A DNA stretch of 64,000 bases. Source: an uncultured Candidatus Berkelbacteria bacterium. GTDB lineage: Bacteria; Patescibacteriota; UBA1384; XYA2-FULL-43-10; CAINNR01. Below the pieces are notes generated by a model. That model ran no database searches. It saw only the letters and a program-made list of their open reading frames with translations, and was not told the DNA's origin. This document shows, one piece after another, positions 45,958 to 54,261 of the stretch (position 1 is its first letter; every line of letters begins with the position of its first letter). The translations under genes and the position numbers were made by a program. The DNA is taken from assembly GCA_903851235.1 (NCBI GenBank), contig CAINNR010000015.1:11327-75326 (forward strand), read 5' to 3'.

Positions 45958-46196
45958 GCTAAGAATTCCAGAATTTCAGCATCTTTAATTTTTATATCAG
46001 CTTTTTTAATGCGATAAGATCCTATGGCGTAAATATGAGCTGAAGATTGTTTGCCGATGCGGCGAAAATGTTTTTGCAGTTTTTGTTTTTCACCTGCGAA
46101 AATTATCAACGACTTATTTTTATCACCAGTAAACGCAATAACCTTTGGTTTATTGGTGTTTTCGATTTTACCACTCTGATCAATTTCAATTCTCAT
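45936..46196 (-). CDS. Small protein with RNase H/DUF3800-like N-terminus, possibly internally deleted
   Basis: MRIEIDQSGK resembles the hhDESG first strand of RNase H-fold DUF3800 proteins, but 86 aa is too short for the whole fold. Confidence 0.5.
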   Translation of the reverse strand: MRIEIDQSGKIENTNKPKVIAFTGDKNKSLIIFAGEKQKLQKHFRRIGKQSSAHIYAIGSYRIKKADIKIKDAEILEFLAKTKSGV

Positions 46197-46211
46197 ATTT
46201 CCGCATAATTA

Positions 46212-46655
46212 TTAAAATTGATTTAATATGCTGGCGATTTTCTTTGTCACATTTATAGTTAACTCTTCGGTGATGGTACTTTGGTCAAGCTTTTTGCCCT
46301 TTAAATTTTCAAAATAGGAAACCAAATCGGCCAAAATAAGGTTATAAATTTTCTCGGCTGTCGCCGTCTTGTCGGCAACTGACAATCCAACAAACGCTGT
46401 CTCGATTCGCGGATCGGAAAGTACAATTCGCTTGGCGGCGGCATCAGCCAAAGTTTTTAAATCGCCTTTTTGGTGCAAAACGTTATATACAAAAAGCCCG
46501 ACGTGATTTCCCGCCACAACATGAGCAGTGATATTTAAATTAACGGTCTTTTTTATCTGCTCAAAACTTTGACCGGGATGATTTCTGATAATCGTCACCG
46601 CCTTTTCAGCGTCGTCAAAGATTTTTTTTAATTTGTTTTTCAGTTCGTCAGCCAT
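46212..46655 (-). CDS. Hypothetical helical protein
   Basis: 147-aa ORF abutting the stop of the VirB6-like gene; GGAGG upstream. Confidence 0.7.
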   Translation of the reverse strand: MADELKNKLKKIFDDAEKAVTIIRNHPGQSFEQIKKTVNLNITAHVVAGNHVGLFVYNVLHQKGDLKTLADAAAKRIVLSDPRIETAFVGLSVADKTATAEKIYNLILADLVSYFENLKGKKLDQSTITEELTINVTKKIASILNQF

Positions 46656-48947
46656 TTATTTTTCCTCCGTTTCAAATTTAGCAGATGGGTCAATTTTCAA
46701 AGCAATCTCTCTGGCAGTGAGTAAATCGTCACGAGCAACACTTTCTTGACCGGCTTTGGCTAATCGCTCAAGTTCATTTGGGTCGCCGCCGTTTTTTAGC
46801 TCCTGAGCGACGAATTGAAGTGTGGCTTCCTGTCTTTCAGCCATCCTGATTGCTTGCACACCGGTAGATCTTGCAACACGAGTCTGGAGGATTTTGAGTT
46901 GTTCAGCAGCTGCTGGAGTAATTCCTTTTATTTGAACATCGAGTTCTGGAACATGCCCTATTCCAAAGCCAACACTGGTTGGCTTAAACATGTCGGCCAT
47001 GGTTTTTGCACTATCGATACCTCCCTCACCTTTGTTTTTCAATGTTTCATTGATATCATCCAGGCGACTTTCAATCCCGGCCATATCTACTGGGACTGCG
47101 GAAGATGCCCGGCTTTCCTCCTCTTCCTCCTCGGCGTCATAATCATCACCCGCACCAGCGGGTTGTCGTTCTGCTCGTTGTCGAGCCCTTTGTGCTGCTT
47201 GACGTTCTGCATTAGATTGAGGAACTCTTGCGCCTCTATCAACACTTACGTCACGATGGTCTGTCACCATATAGCCACCTTCGCCCGGTTTGCGAAAAAA
47301 TTCCTCAATTGTTTTAACTTCACCTTCCGGCATACTTCCGTCTTCCAGTTCTGCCAATCGTTTGTTATTTACTCTTCTTCTGGCTTCCTGAGTTGATGCA
47401 ATGTAGGCGGCAATTTCGTCTCCTCTTTTTTCTGGATCATTTAGGTTGACGCCCTTGCCACCCTGATCCTTTGATTTCATTAAATTTACCTTGAAATAAT
47501 CCTCAATACCTTTTCTATATTCAGGTTCGGTTGAAACTCTATAAACATCTGCCCGTTCTCTGGTTCCATCGGCGTTCCTGTGATACAACTGTCTTTCGGC
47601 AAGATCTTTAAGTTTAAACTGGTCTTTGTAATTTGGACCGGATTCTTCTGCGCCAAGATCGCCAAACACAGCTTTTAGCCGTCCCTTGGTGACTGGGTCT
47701 TTAGCCCGGACATCTTCCAACCACTTTGGCCCTTTGTCTTCCAAGAAGTTCATGATATTAATTTTTTTCCTGATTTCTTCTTGTTTTTTTATCTTTCTAG
47801 CGTACAGATCTCTTGTGACCGTGCCCTTACCAATTGCCCGGTCTATTGATCGCACGACAGGCAATTTTCTCGCGCCTTCTCTTGCCCAGTTTTTTCCAAC
47901 GCCGTATTGAAAACTGACATAATCTTTTGCGGCTTTAACTCCGACTCCTCCAGTTGCGTTCCAAGCTGCTCCGCCGGTTTTGGACCAGGCTTTTTTGCCG
48001 AAGTTTGCCCAAGCGCCGACGGCGGCACCACCGGCTTTAAACGGCGAAGTGATCGCCATATACAAGCAAAGACCGGCAAAACCCATTTGCAAAACCCATG
48101 ATCCATCAGGTCCGATAGTATTTAGAAACTCGCCTGCCAGCCAGAGCCAGAAAACGGAAATTACCGGCATAAAAACCCATTTTAAGAATTGACTCCACCA
48201 CTGTTGAAAGTATTTTTTGGTAATCGGCAAAATCATTGCCATAAAAGCCGCCGGAGAAATGCAAATTAGAAAATACAGGAAATAATTTCGGATTAAAAAG
48301 ATGAAGGCCAAAATTGCGACTAAAACGGCGCCGACTGCGACGAAAATTTGTTTTAGAATGTAGACGAGAATGTATCCTGGGTAATTGCCGGTAAAACCGG
48401 CCGGACCTGTTGGCGATTGTTTTATCAAACCATTAAATGCTCCGGTGACATTGCCGGCGTTGTCACCGGTTAAGAAGGCGGAGATTGCTACATTGCCAAT
48501 ATCCAACAACATTCTAGCGATTAAGAAGCTGAAATTTGCCAGAATTATAGCGATAATAAATGTTGGTAGGAATTTTTTGACCGCGTACGAATCCAGCTGA
48601 ATTCGCAAGATATTCATAAAGGCGACCCAAATCAGAACGGCAAGAACCAAGGAATCCACAACTTTCATGATTGTGTACCAAATTGTGACCGTGGTCGCGC
48701 CCATGCCGGTAAAGCACAACGAAGCGTCTTTGACAGTGCCGGTTGCGGCTTTGACAGTCGAATCGCAACCATCTTTTGGCATCATAACTTGATAAATCGG
48801 TTCGACCGTTGGCAATGCGGCTTGAGCTTTGAGCGGAGAAAAGAAAACAAAAAAGCTGAATAGAAAAATCGTTACTGAAAAAATTAGCGTTTTGTGAAGA
48901 AAAATTAGGTTTTTGATTTTTTTATTCATATTTGCAACCGATTTCAT
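46656..48947 (-). CDS. VirB6/TrbL-like polytopic membrane protein with long charged C-tail
   Basis: WYTIMKVVD, KKFLPTFIIAIILANFS..I...LLDIGN, IRNYFLYFLICISPAAFMA.ILP.TKKYFQQWW. Confidence 0.8.
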   Translation of the reverse strand: MKSVANMNKKIKNLIFLHKTLIFSVTIFLFSFFVFFSPLKAQAALPTVEPIYQVMMPKDGCDSTVKAATGTVKDASLCFTGMGATTVTIWYTIMKVVDSLVLAVLIWVAFMNILRIQLDSYAVKKFLPTFIIAIILANFSFLIARMLLDIGNVAISAFLTGDNAGNVTGAFNGLIKQSPTGPAGFTGNYPGYILVYILKQIFVAVGAVLVAILAFIFLIRNYFLYFLICISPAAFMAMILPITKKYFQQWWSQFLKWVFMPVISVFWLWLAGEFLNTIGPDGSWVLQMGFAGLCLYMAITSPFKAGGAAVGAWANFGKKAWSKTGGAAWNATGGVGVKAAKDYVSFQYGVGKNWAREGARKLPVVRSIDRAIGKGTVTRDLYARKIKKQEEIRKKINIMNFLEDKGPKWLEDVRAKDPVTKGRLKAVFGDLGAEESGPNYKDQFKLKDLAERQLYHRNADGTRERADVYRVSTEPEYRKGIEDYFKVNLMKSKDQGGKGVNLNDPEKRGDEIAAYIASTQEARRRVNNKRLAELEDGSMPEGEVKTIEEFFRKPGEGGYMVTDHRDVSVDRGARVPQSNAERQAAQRARQRAERQPAGAGDDYDAEEEEEESRASSAVPVDMAGIESRLDDINETLKNKGEGGIDSAKTMADMFKPTSVGFGIGHVPELDVQIKGITPAAAEQLKILQTRVARSTGVQAIRMAERQEATLQFVAQELKNGGDPNELERLAKAGQESVARDDLLTAREIALKIDPSAKFETEEK

Positions 48948-50797
48948 AATATTTTCTTGACAGAAAAATTAGGCGGACTGCCGGTGGCACTCCATTTGGC
49001 TGTTAGGTTTGCCTTTGTAACTACAATTGTAATTACTGTTTCATTGTCAAAAACTTCAATTTCCGGAGAGCTATTTTTACTGATTTTAGCGAGGTAAGCG
49101 CTGTCTGAACAAGTGACTTTCACTTTGATTTTTTTATTGGTTGAGTCCGGTTCGTAGAACACTATTTTTTCTGGATAACTTTGCTGATTTCCACTTCCGC
49201 CGTTTGTTGTTGAGTCCCAGACAAAAATGTTGCCATCCAATGGTTTGTTAACCAGTGAGTTTGCCTTACTGAAGTCACTGGCAGAAAGTGTCAGAACGCC
49301 GCGAAATTCACTTGGCGAATTGCTGGTTGCCGATGCGACAGCTGTGGAAGTGTCTGTGCCACCTGCTGGCGTTGTTGCCGCTGGCGTTGTTGCCGGTGCC
49401 GTTCCGGTGTTGGCTGGACTGACAGTTGTTGTATCAACGTTGGCAAAGTTGATTTTCAACCCGATAAAACTTGTTAGCAAAAGCCGAGCTTCGGTCATGC
49501 CCCAAGCCGCCGCGTCGTGAATTAGTTGTGCCAACCCACAACCCATGCTGTTCATAATACCAACGATGTTTGTACCGGCGCTACCCAAACCGCCACAGGA
49601 GCTTTCCTTGTCCGGTCCGACAACCGTTGGGGTTTCAATAATTCCTTTGATTTTCTCAAAATTTTTGACGGTTTCATTTACAGCACTAGAAAAAGCATCG
49701 AGTGACAGGTAAACTTCAGCATCAGGTTTATCTTCAAGCGCTTTATCGTATTTAAAAATTTTCATTTTATCTGTGCAAGGCCATTTGCCACCATTGGTTC
49801 CATCGTTGAGTTGAGCGATATCTTTTTGTAATTGTTGGGCGTCGGAATACAAAGTGCCCATTACTTGGTTTCCAGCATCATTTAGGACCCATTTGACGCT
49901 AGAGGTTGTATCACCACCCCATTTTGTCTCAAAAGCGGTCAATGATGCTCCGGCTATGAGACCGATGCCGGCTCCAACTAAACCGCCGACTTTTGCGCCG
50001 GCAGTTCCACCGAGTGCTAAATTCAGGGCTGCTAAATTAACGACTCCTGTGAGTGCTGAAGTTCCATTATCTTTCCAGTATGTCCCTGATTGTGGTGCAA
50101 TAGTTAGCAATGTTCGAACATCACCTTTCAGTGATTCCCATTTAGTTGACATATCAGTACAAACCGCAGTTTTATCGCTAGTATTTAGGGTATAAAAAAC
50201 TTTTGTTCCATTCCAAGTGCCGGAGCTTATGGCTTTGACCATAGTTGCCAAATCAGGATTTGATGTGTTTAATCCGGCACATAGACTATTGTCTGCTGCA
50301 GTAAAATCTCCAGGGGTAATCTTTCTGTAAGAATTTGAATTGTTCAGGTCTGTAGTATATGCGTTACCCACAACCCAGAGTCCGGTTCCTGCCGGATTCC
50401 AAACTATCAGATAAATTGGAGAAGACCAACTGGAGATTAGTGATGTTTTAGCGCTGCAAACCGCGCTGCTCGGATTTACCAATTTCTGGAGATAAATTTG
50501 ATCGAATGAAGTAGCTTTTGTACCGTCTGATGTGGTAGGGATATCATCTGCATTTATTTGATCTGGAGTTATAGGGCCCACATCATCGAAAAGGTATTGA
50601 ACGGACGTGTCTCCTTGCTTCATTGTTACACTTGTTTCTGTGATGTCACTGCTGGTGAATTGAAACGAAAGTGATACCGAACCGGGCGCTGGTGGGCTGA
50701 CTGCCCTGGCTTTTTGGACAACAAAAATCTGGCCGAACGAATTAAAAACAATTCCGGCGATTATGACTGCGACCAAGAAGATCTTCGTCAGCCGCAC
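48944..50797 (-). CDS. Exported protein with glycine zipper, coupled to VirB6-like gene
   Basis: AGGAGG RBS and GTG start; signal ending ARA; GGTAGAKVGGLVGAGIGLIAG; TTPAA linker. Confidence 0.75.
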   Translation of the reverse strand: MRLTKIFLVAVIIAGIVFNSFGQIFVVQKARAVSPPAPGSVSLSFQFTSSDITETSVTMKQGDTSVQYLFDDVGPITPDQINADDIPTTSDGTKATSFDQIYLQKLVNPSSAVCSAKTSLISSWSSPIYLIVWNPAGTGLWVVGNAYTTDLNNSNSYRKITPGDFTAADNSLCAGLNTSNPDLATMVKAISSGTWNGTKVFYTLNTSDKTAVCTDMSTKWESLKGDVRTLLTIAPQSGTYWKDNGTSALTGVVNLAALNLALGGTAGAKVGGLVGAGIGLIAGASLTAFETKWGGDTTSSVKWVLNDAGNQVMGTLYSDAQQLQKDIAQLNDGTNGGKWPCTDKMKIFKYDKALEDKPDAEVYLSLDAFSSAVNETVKNFEKIKGIIETPTVVGPDKESSCGGLGSAGTNIVGIMNSMGCGLAQLIHDAAAWGMTEARLLLTSFIGLKINFANVDTTTVSPANTGTAPATTPAATTPAGGTDTSTAVASATSNSPSEFRGVLTLSASDFSKANSLVNKPLDGNIFVWDSTTNGGSGNQQSYPEKIVFYEPDSTNKKIKVKVTCSDSAYLAKISKNSSPEIEVFDNETVITIVVTKANLTAKWSATGSPPNFSVKKIL

Positions 50798-50813
50798 TGT
50801 GACCCTCCTAAGG

Positions 50814-51485
50814 TTATTTCGATATCCTATTAAGATTATCTAACAATTTCTGCCAATAATCAACTTTTTCTTTATCGCCAATTAATTTTTCGATCGAAAT
50901 TGAGTCCTCGATCGCCGTTTTATTTATTGGATCAACGGTATAGGCTTTGGCGAAAGCGTCGGCTGCTTTCTGCCGGAAGCCTGGTTTTAATTCACTAAAC
51001 ACCTGGTCGTTGTCGGCCAATTTTGCGTTTGCCAATCCGAGAAAAACCCAGCTTTGATAATCCCCTGGACCATTGTTGGCACAAAATTCGAGGTTGACGA
51101 CGGCGACATCCGACATACTGTTTTCAATTAGATTTTTATCAAAGTCCAGATCACAAATTTTGGAATCGGCACGATCAATGATCTTAAGTAAATCATTATT
51201 TTTCTCGTCAAGCAAAAAACTTCGCAGCACCAAAATGTTCGCCGCTGAATCACGGGTGGTTTTTTCCAGATTTTTTGCATCGGTATTTTGTGGCTCAAGT
51301 GTTTGGGCTTTTTGAAATTTTACCAATGCCAGAGTGTAATTTCGCTCGGCAAGTAAATTTTTACCATCGGAGAGATTTTTTTTGTAGACATAATTTCGCC
51401 AGGGAATGGCGAGAGCAAAAAATAGGATCAGCCCGATGATAATCCAAAATACAGTTTTTAGGTTTTTGTTTTCAGTAACTTTCAT
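50814..51485 (-). CDS. Membrane-anchored TPR protein
   Basis: N-terminal TM; ALVKFQKAQTLEPQN and AADAFAKAYTVDPIN TPR motifs. Start reset to MKVTEN. Confidence 0.8.
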   Translation of the reverse strand: MKVTENKNLKTVFWIIIGLILFFALAIPWRNYVYKKNLSDGKNLLAERNYTLALVKFQKAQTLEPQNTDAKNLEKTTRDSAANILVLRSFLLDEKNNDLLKIIDRADSKICDLDFDKNLIENSMSDVAVVNLEFCANNGPGDYQSWVFLGLANAKLADNDQVFSELKPGFRQKAADAFAKAYTVDPINKTAIEDSISIEKLIGDKEKVDYWQKLLDNLNRISK

Positions 51486-51519
51486 AAAGTCTGTCGCTAT
51501 TGCCAAAATTATTGGTAAT

Positions 51520-51586
51520 AATCGGCTGGGTCGCCGACCTGCAAGACTGTGCATTGCACTTAAGCGATCGCCGATTCTTTGTTTTT
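51520..51586 (+). ncRNA. Putative small structured RNA, copy 2
   Basis: Outer stem AATCGGC/GCCGATT (compensatory change versus copy 1), same inner stems, T-rich tail. Confidence 0.55.
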
Positions 51587-51608
51587 AACAATAGAGCTGT
51601 TTAGGCAT

Positions 51609-52403
51609 TTATCTCGTAAAATATATTATTGCTACAATTGCGGCGATGATTAGGCGATAAATGGCAAAAAGTGAGTAGCCGTGTTTTTCAATGTAGCGGA
51701 GCAGAAATTTAATGGCGAAGAATCCGGTTATGGCGCTGACCAAAATGGCGATGAAAAACGCTAAATTGAATGATGACCAAGAGTAATCTTTTAGCGTCAA
51801 AAGAAAGGCACCGAGCAGCGTCGGGGTTGCTAGCAGGAAACTGAAACGAGTTGCCGACTGGCGATCCATGTTCAAAAACAAGCCGGCGGTAGTTGTGATG
51901 CCGCTTCTGGAAACGCCGGGAACGATGGCCAAAATTTGAGCGACACCGACGATAAAACCTTTGAGATAACCGATATCTTTAATTTGATCCTTGCCGTTGG
52001 TGATTGAATCCGCCAGCCACAGAAGCAGACCGAAGAACGCCAGTGTGATGGCGATTAGAAGCTCATTTCGGAATGCTGTTTGGGCCAATTTATCAAGAAA
52101 GTAGCCGCCGAGTGCCGCCGGAATTGTCGAGACGACAATAATCCAGAAAAGGTTGTGAGGATATTTGGTTTGTGGCTTGCCGTGCGGGTTTAACCCATCG
52201 CCGATTATTGAAATCCAATCGTGCCAAAAGAAAGCGATAATTGCGATCGCCGTGCCGAAGTGAAGAGCGACATCAAAATCCAGCCCCTGATAATGCCAGT
52301 TAAAAATATAGGGAATAACTACCAAGTGACCGGAAGAGGAAATCGGTAAAAATTCACTGATTCCTTGAATGATGCCGAGAATGATGGCGTGTAAAATTGT
52401 CAT
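51609..52403 (-). CDS. uppP: Undecaprenyl-diphosphatase BacA/UppP
   Basis: QGISEFLPISSSGHL, HFGT, PGVSRSG, FSFLL. Confidence 0.97.
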   Translation of the reverse strand: MTILHAIILGIIQGISEFLPISSSGHLVVIPYIFNWHYQGLDFDVALHFGTAIAIIAFFWHDWISIIGDGLNPHGKPQTKYPHNLFWIIVVSTIPAALGGYFLDKLAQTAFRNELLIAITLAFFGLLLWLADSITNGKDQIKDIGYLKGFIVGVAQILAIVPGVSRSGITTTAGLFLNMDRQSATRFSFLLATPTLLGAFLLTLKDYSWSSFNLAFFIAILVSAITGFFAIKFLLRYIEKHGYSLFAIYRLIIAAIVAIIYFTR

Positions 52404-52418
52404 AGAATCCTTTTGGTA

Positions 52419-52958
52419 TTACTCTGCTGAATTATTTGCCCAGAAATCCTCAAAGTGTTCCATAAACCAATATGCCAGTGTTCCGGCAAAAATGCCAATA
52501 ACCGCTCCGAATAAAATTGCCGACGGATAATGGAAGCCATTAGCGACGCGGGCGACGGAGATACAGAGCGCGACAAACAACGTCGCCAAACCGATTTTTT
52601 TGTTGCCGTAGAGAATTAGCGTTGTGGCGATAGCGAAAGATAAATATATCTGGATTGAGGGAAAACTGTTGGCAATAATTGGTCCCGTAGAGTAGCCGGT
52701 TGCCGACTGTGAATACCAGAAAAGCCAGAGAATAAAACCAAGCGCAACAGAAAAAATTGATGACAGGACGGCGGCAAAGAGAGCGTTTATTCGCTCGCAG
52801 ACAATCAGATAAATCAAACCGACGATTATCAAAACGATTCCGTAGTCGGCGAACCAAAAAATCAGATTCGACCAAAAACTTGACTGTTTGGCGAAATCAT
52901 TCAAATAAAAAAAACTGCTGTAGTTCAATTGTCGCAAGTTGTCAAAAATTTGGTCCAT
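52419..52958 (-). CDS. PAP2 family membrane phosphatase (degenerate motifs)
   Basis: SFPS (His replaced), ARVANGFHYPS; multiple TMs. Confidence 0.7.
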   Translation of the reverse strand: MDQIFDNLRQLNYSSFFYLNDFAKQSSFWSNLIFWFADYGIVLIIVGLIYLIVCERINALFAAVLSSIFSVALGFILWLFWYSQSATGYSTGPIIANSFPSIQIYLSFAIATTLILYGNKKIGLATLFVALCISVARVANGFHYPSAILFGAVIGIFAGTLAYWFMEHFEDFWANNSAE

Positions 52959-53003
52959 TTCAAATAAAATTTTAGTCTAATTAGGCGCATTTGTCCAATC
53001 GGG

Positions 53004-53942
53004 CTAACTGGATTTTTCCTCGGTTCGTTTCCCATGAAAGGCTTTGTGAACATCGCGCAAGTGTTGGTCGGTGACATGAGTGTAAATTTGGGTTGTTGAG
53101 ACGTTGGCGTGGCCGAGAAGTGATTGGACGCTTCTCAGATCGGCGCCATTGATTAAAAGATCGGTGGCGAATGTGTGGCGCAGTGTGTGCGGTGAAACTT
53201 TTTTGCTGATTCCGGCGGCCTTGGCGTATTTGGCTACGATTCGTTCAATTGACCTGACGGTTAATCTACTGCCGGCAATTTTGTTTAGTATCAACTCTTC
53301 ACTGTCACCGATCAATTTGATATAGGTTTCCAAAATTTGGTGAGCGGAATCAGACAAAAAAACCACTCGGACTTTGCCACCTTTACCGCGGACGGGAATT
53401 TCGTTGCGCTCCAAATTGATATCGCCGATGTTCAAGTTTGCCAGTTCGGAAACCCGAAGTCCGGTCGAAAACAAAAGTTCCAAAATTAAACGATCTCTTA
53501 GCCCTTTGAAACTGGCAATATTTGGCATTTTTATCAGCAGGACGATATCCTTGGCCTCTAAAAATTCAACTTTCCGCTCCTGACTTTTTGCCAAGGCAAC
53601 TTTCTGCGGTGCAAGCGAGACGATCCCGCGACCGGCAAGAAACCCCAAAAATGCCCGGAGAGTAATAATATGATAATTTTGTGTCGAACGTTTAAGCGGC
53701 CGTCCCATTTTATCGGACAAGCGATTTAAATACAGACGATACTCTTTGACAGCATCGGAAGTGATTGCGTCGGCAGTCAATGGTTCTTTATCGGCGGGAT
53801 TATTCTGTCGTTTGAAATCGTCGAACCAAGTAATAAATTTTGTCAGGTAACGATCATAATTTGAAATGGTTAAAAGCGACTGGCCTTTTTCCAGTTCGCA
53901 ATATTCGAGAAACTCGCGTTTTAGACTCCAAAGATCTTTCAT
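53004..53942 (-). CDS. XerC/XerD-type tyrosine recombinase
   Basis: N-terminal SAM-like domain; GLRVSEL, GKGGK.R, PHTLRHTFAT, LLGH, TTQIYTHV. Confidence 0.93.
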   Translation of the reverse strand: MKDLWSLKREFLEYCELEKGQSLLTISNYDRYLTKFITWFDDFKRQNNPADKEPLTADAITSDAVKEYRLYLNRLSDKMGRPLKRSTQNYHIITLRAFLGFLAGRGIVSLAPQKVALAKSQERKVEFLEAKDIVLLIKMPNIASFKGLRDRLILELLFSTGLRVSELANLNIGDINLERNEIPVRGKGGKVRVVFLSDSAHQILETYIKLIGDSEELILNKIAGSRLTVRSIERIVAKYAKAAGISKKVSPHTLRHTFATDLLINGADLRSVQSLLGHANVSTTQIYTHVTDQHLRDVHKAFHGKRTEEKSS

Positions 53943-53992
53943 GTCGCATAATATTATAGCAAATCATTTGCATCGCCAACAAAAAATCGGCG

Positions 53993-54178
53993 CTAGTTGC
54001 GCCGAGCGACTTTCGTTGCTGACTCCGACCATGGCTGGCCGGTAACCAGTTTGTATTTTGCGCGGAACGCCATTCCGTCAGCATCTTTTATTGCCGCGCG
54101 GAGCTGGGCGTCAGCGGTTCCGTCCGGGTCGTAGGCCTCCAACTGCTCGGGGTTCATACTCTTCCGTTCAGATCTCAT
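53993..54178 (-). CDS. Small hypothetical protein
   Basis: AAGGGGG RBS; terminator hairpin TCGGCGC/GCGCCGA overlaps the stop. Confidence 0.5.
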   Translation of the reverse strand: MRSERKSMNPEQLEAYDPDGTADAQLRAAIKDADGMAFRAKYKLVTGQPWSESATKVARRN

Positions 54179-54261
54179 CTTTGGCCCCCTTAGTTTTCTT
54201 TACACTACGAGATTATCAAAATAACATCTAAAAATCAATTTTAGCTTGGTTACCAGAGGTC

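Noticed and set aside
49365-49394. 15-bp tandem repeat as a contingency locus
   Set aside because: Two in-frame copies encoding a TTPAA linker; ordinary low complexity.
51486-51554. N-terminal extension of the TPR protein
   Set aside because: It runs through the repeated RNA-like element; the ATG at 51485 gives a normal N-terminal TM protein.
53004-53942. Tyrosine recombinase as integrase of an ICE or integron carrying the T4SS
   Set aside because: It looks like a housekeeping Xer, sits among uppP and murE, and shows no obvious integron-integrase insertion or att/attC sites.
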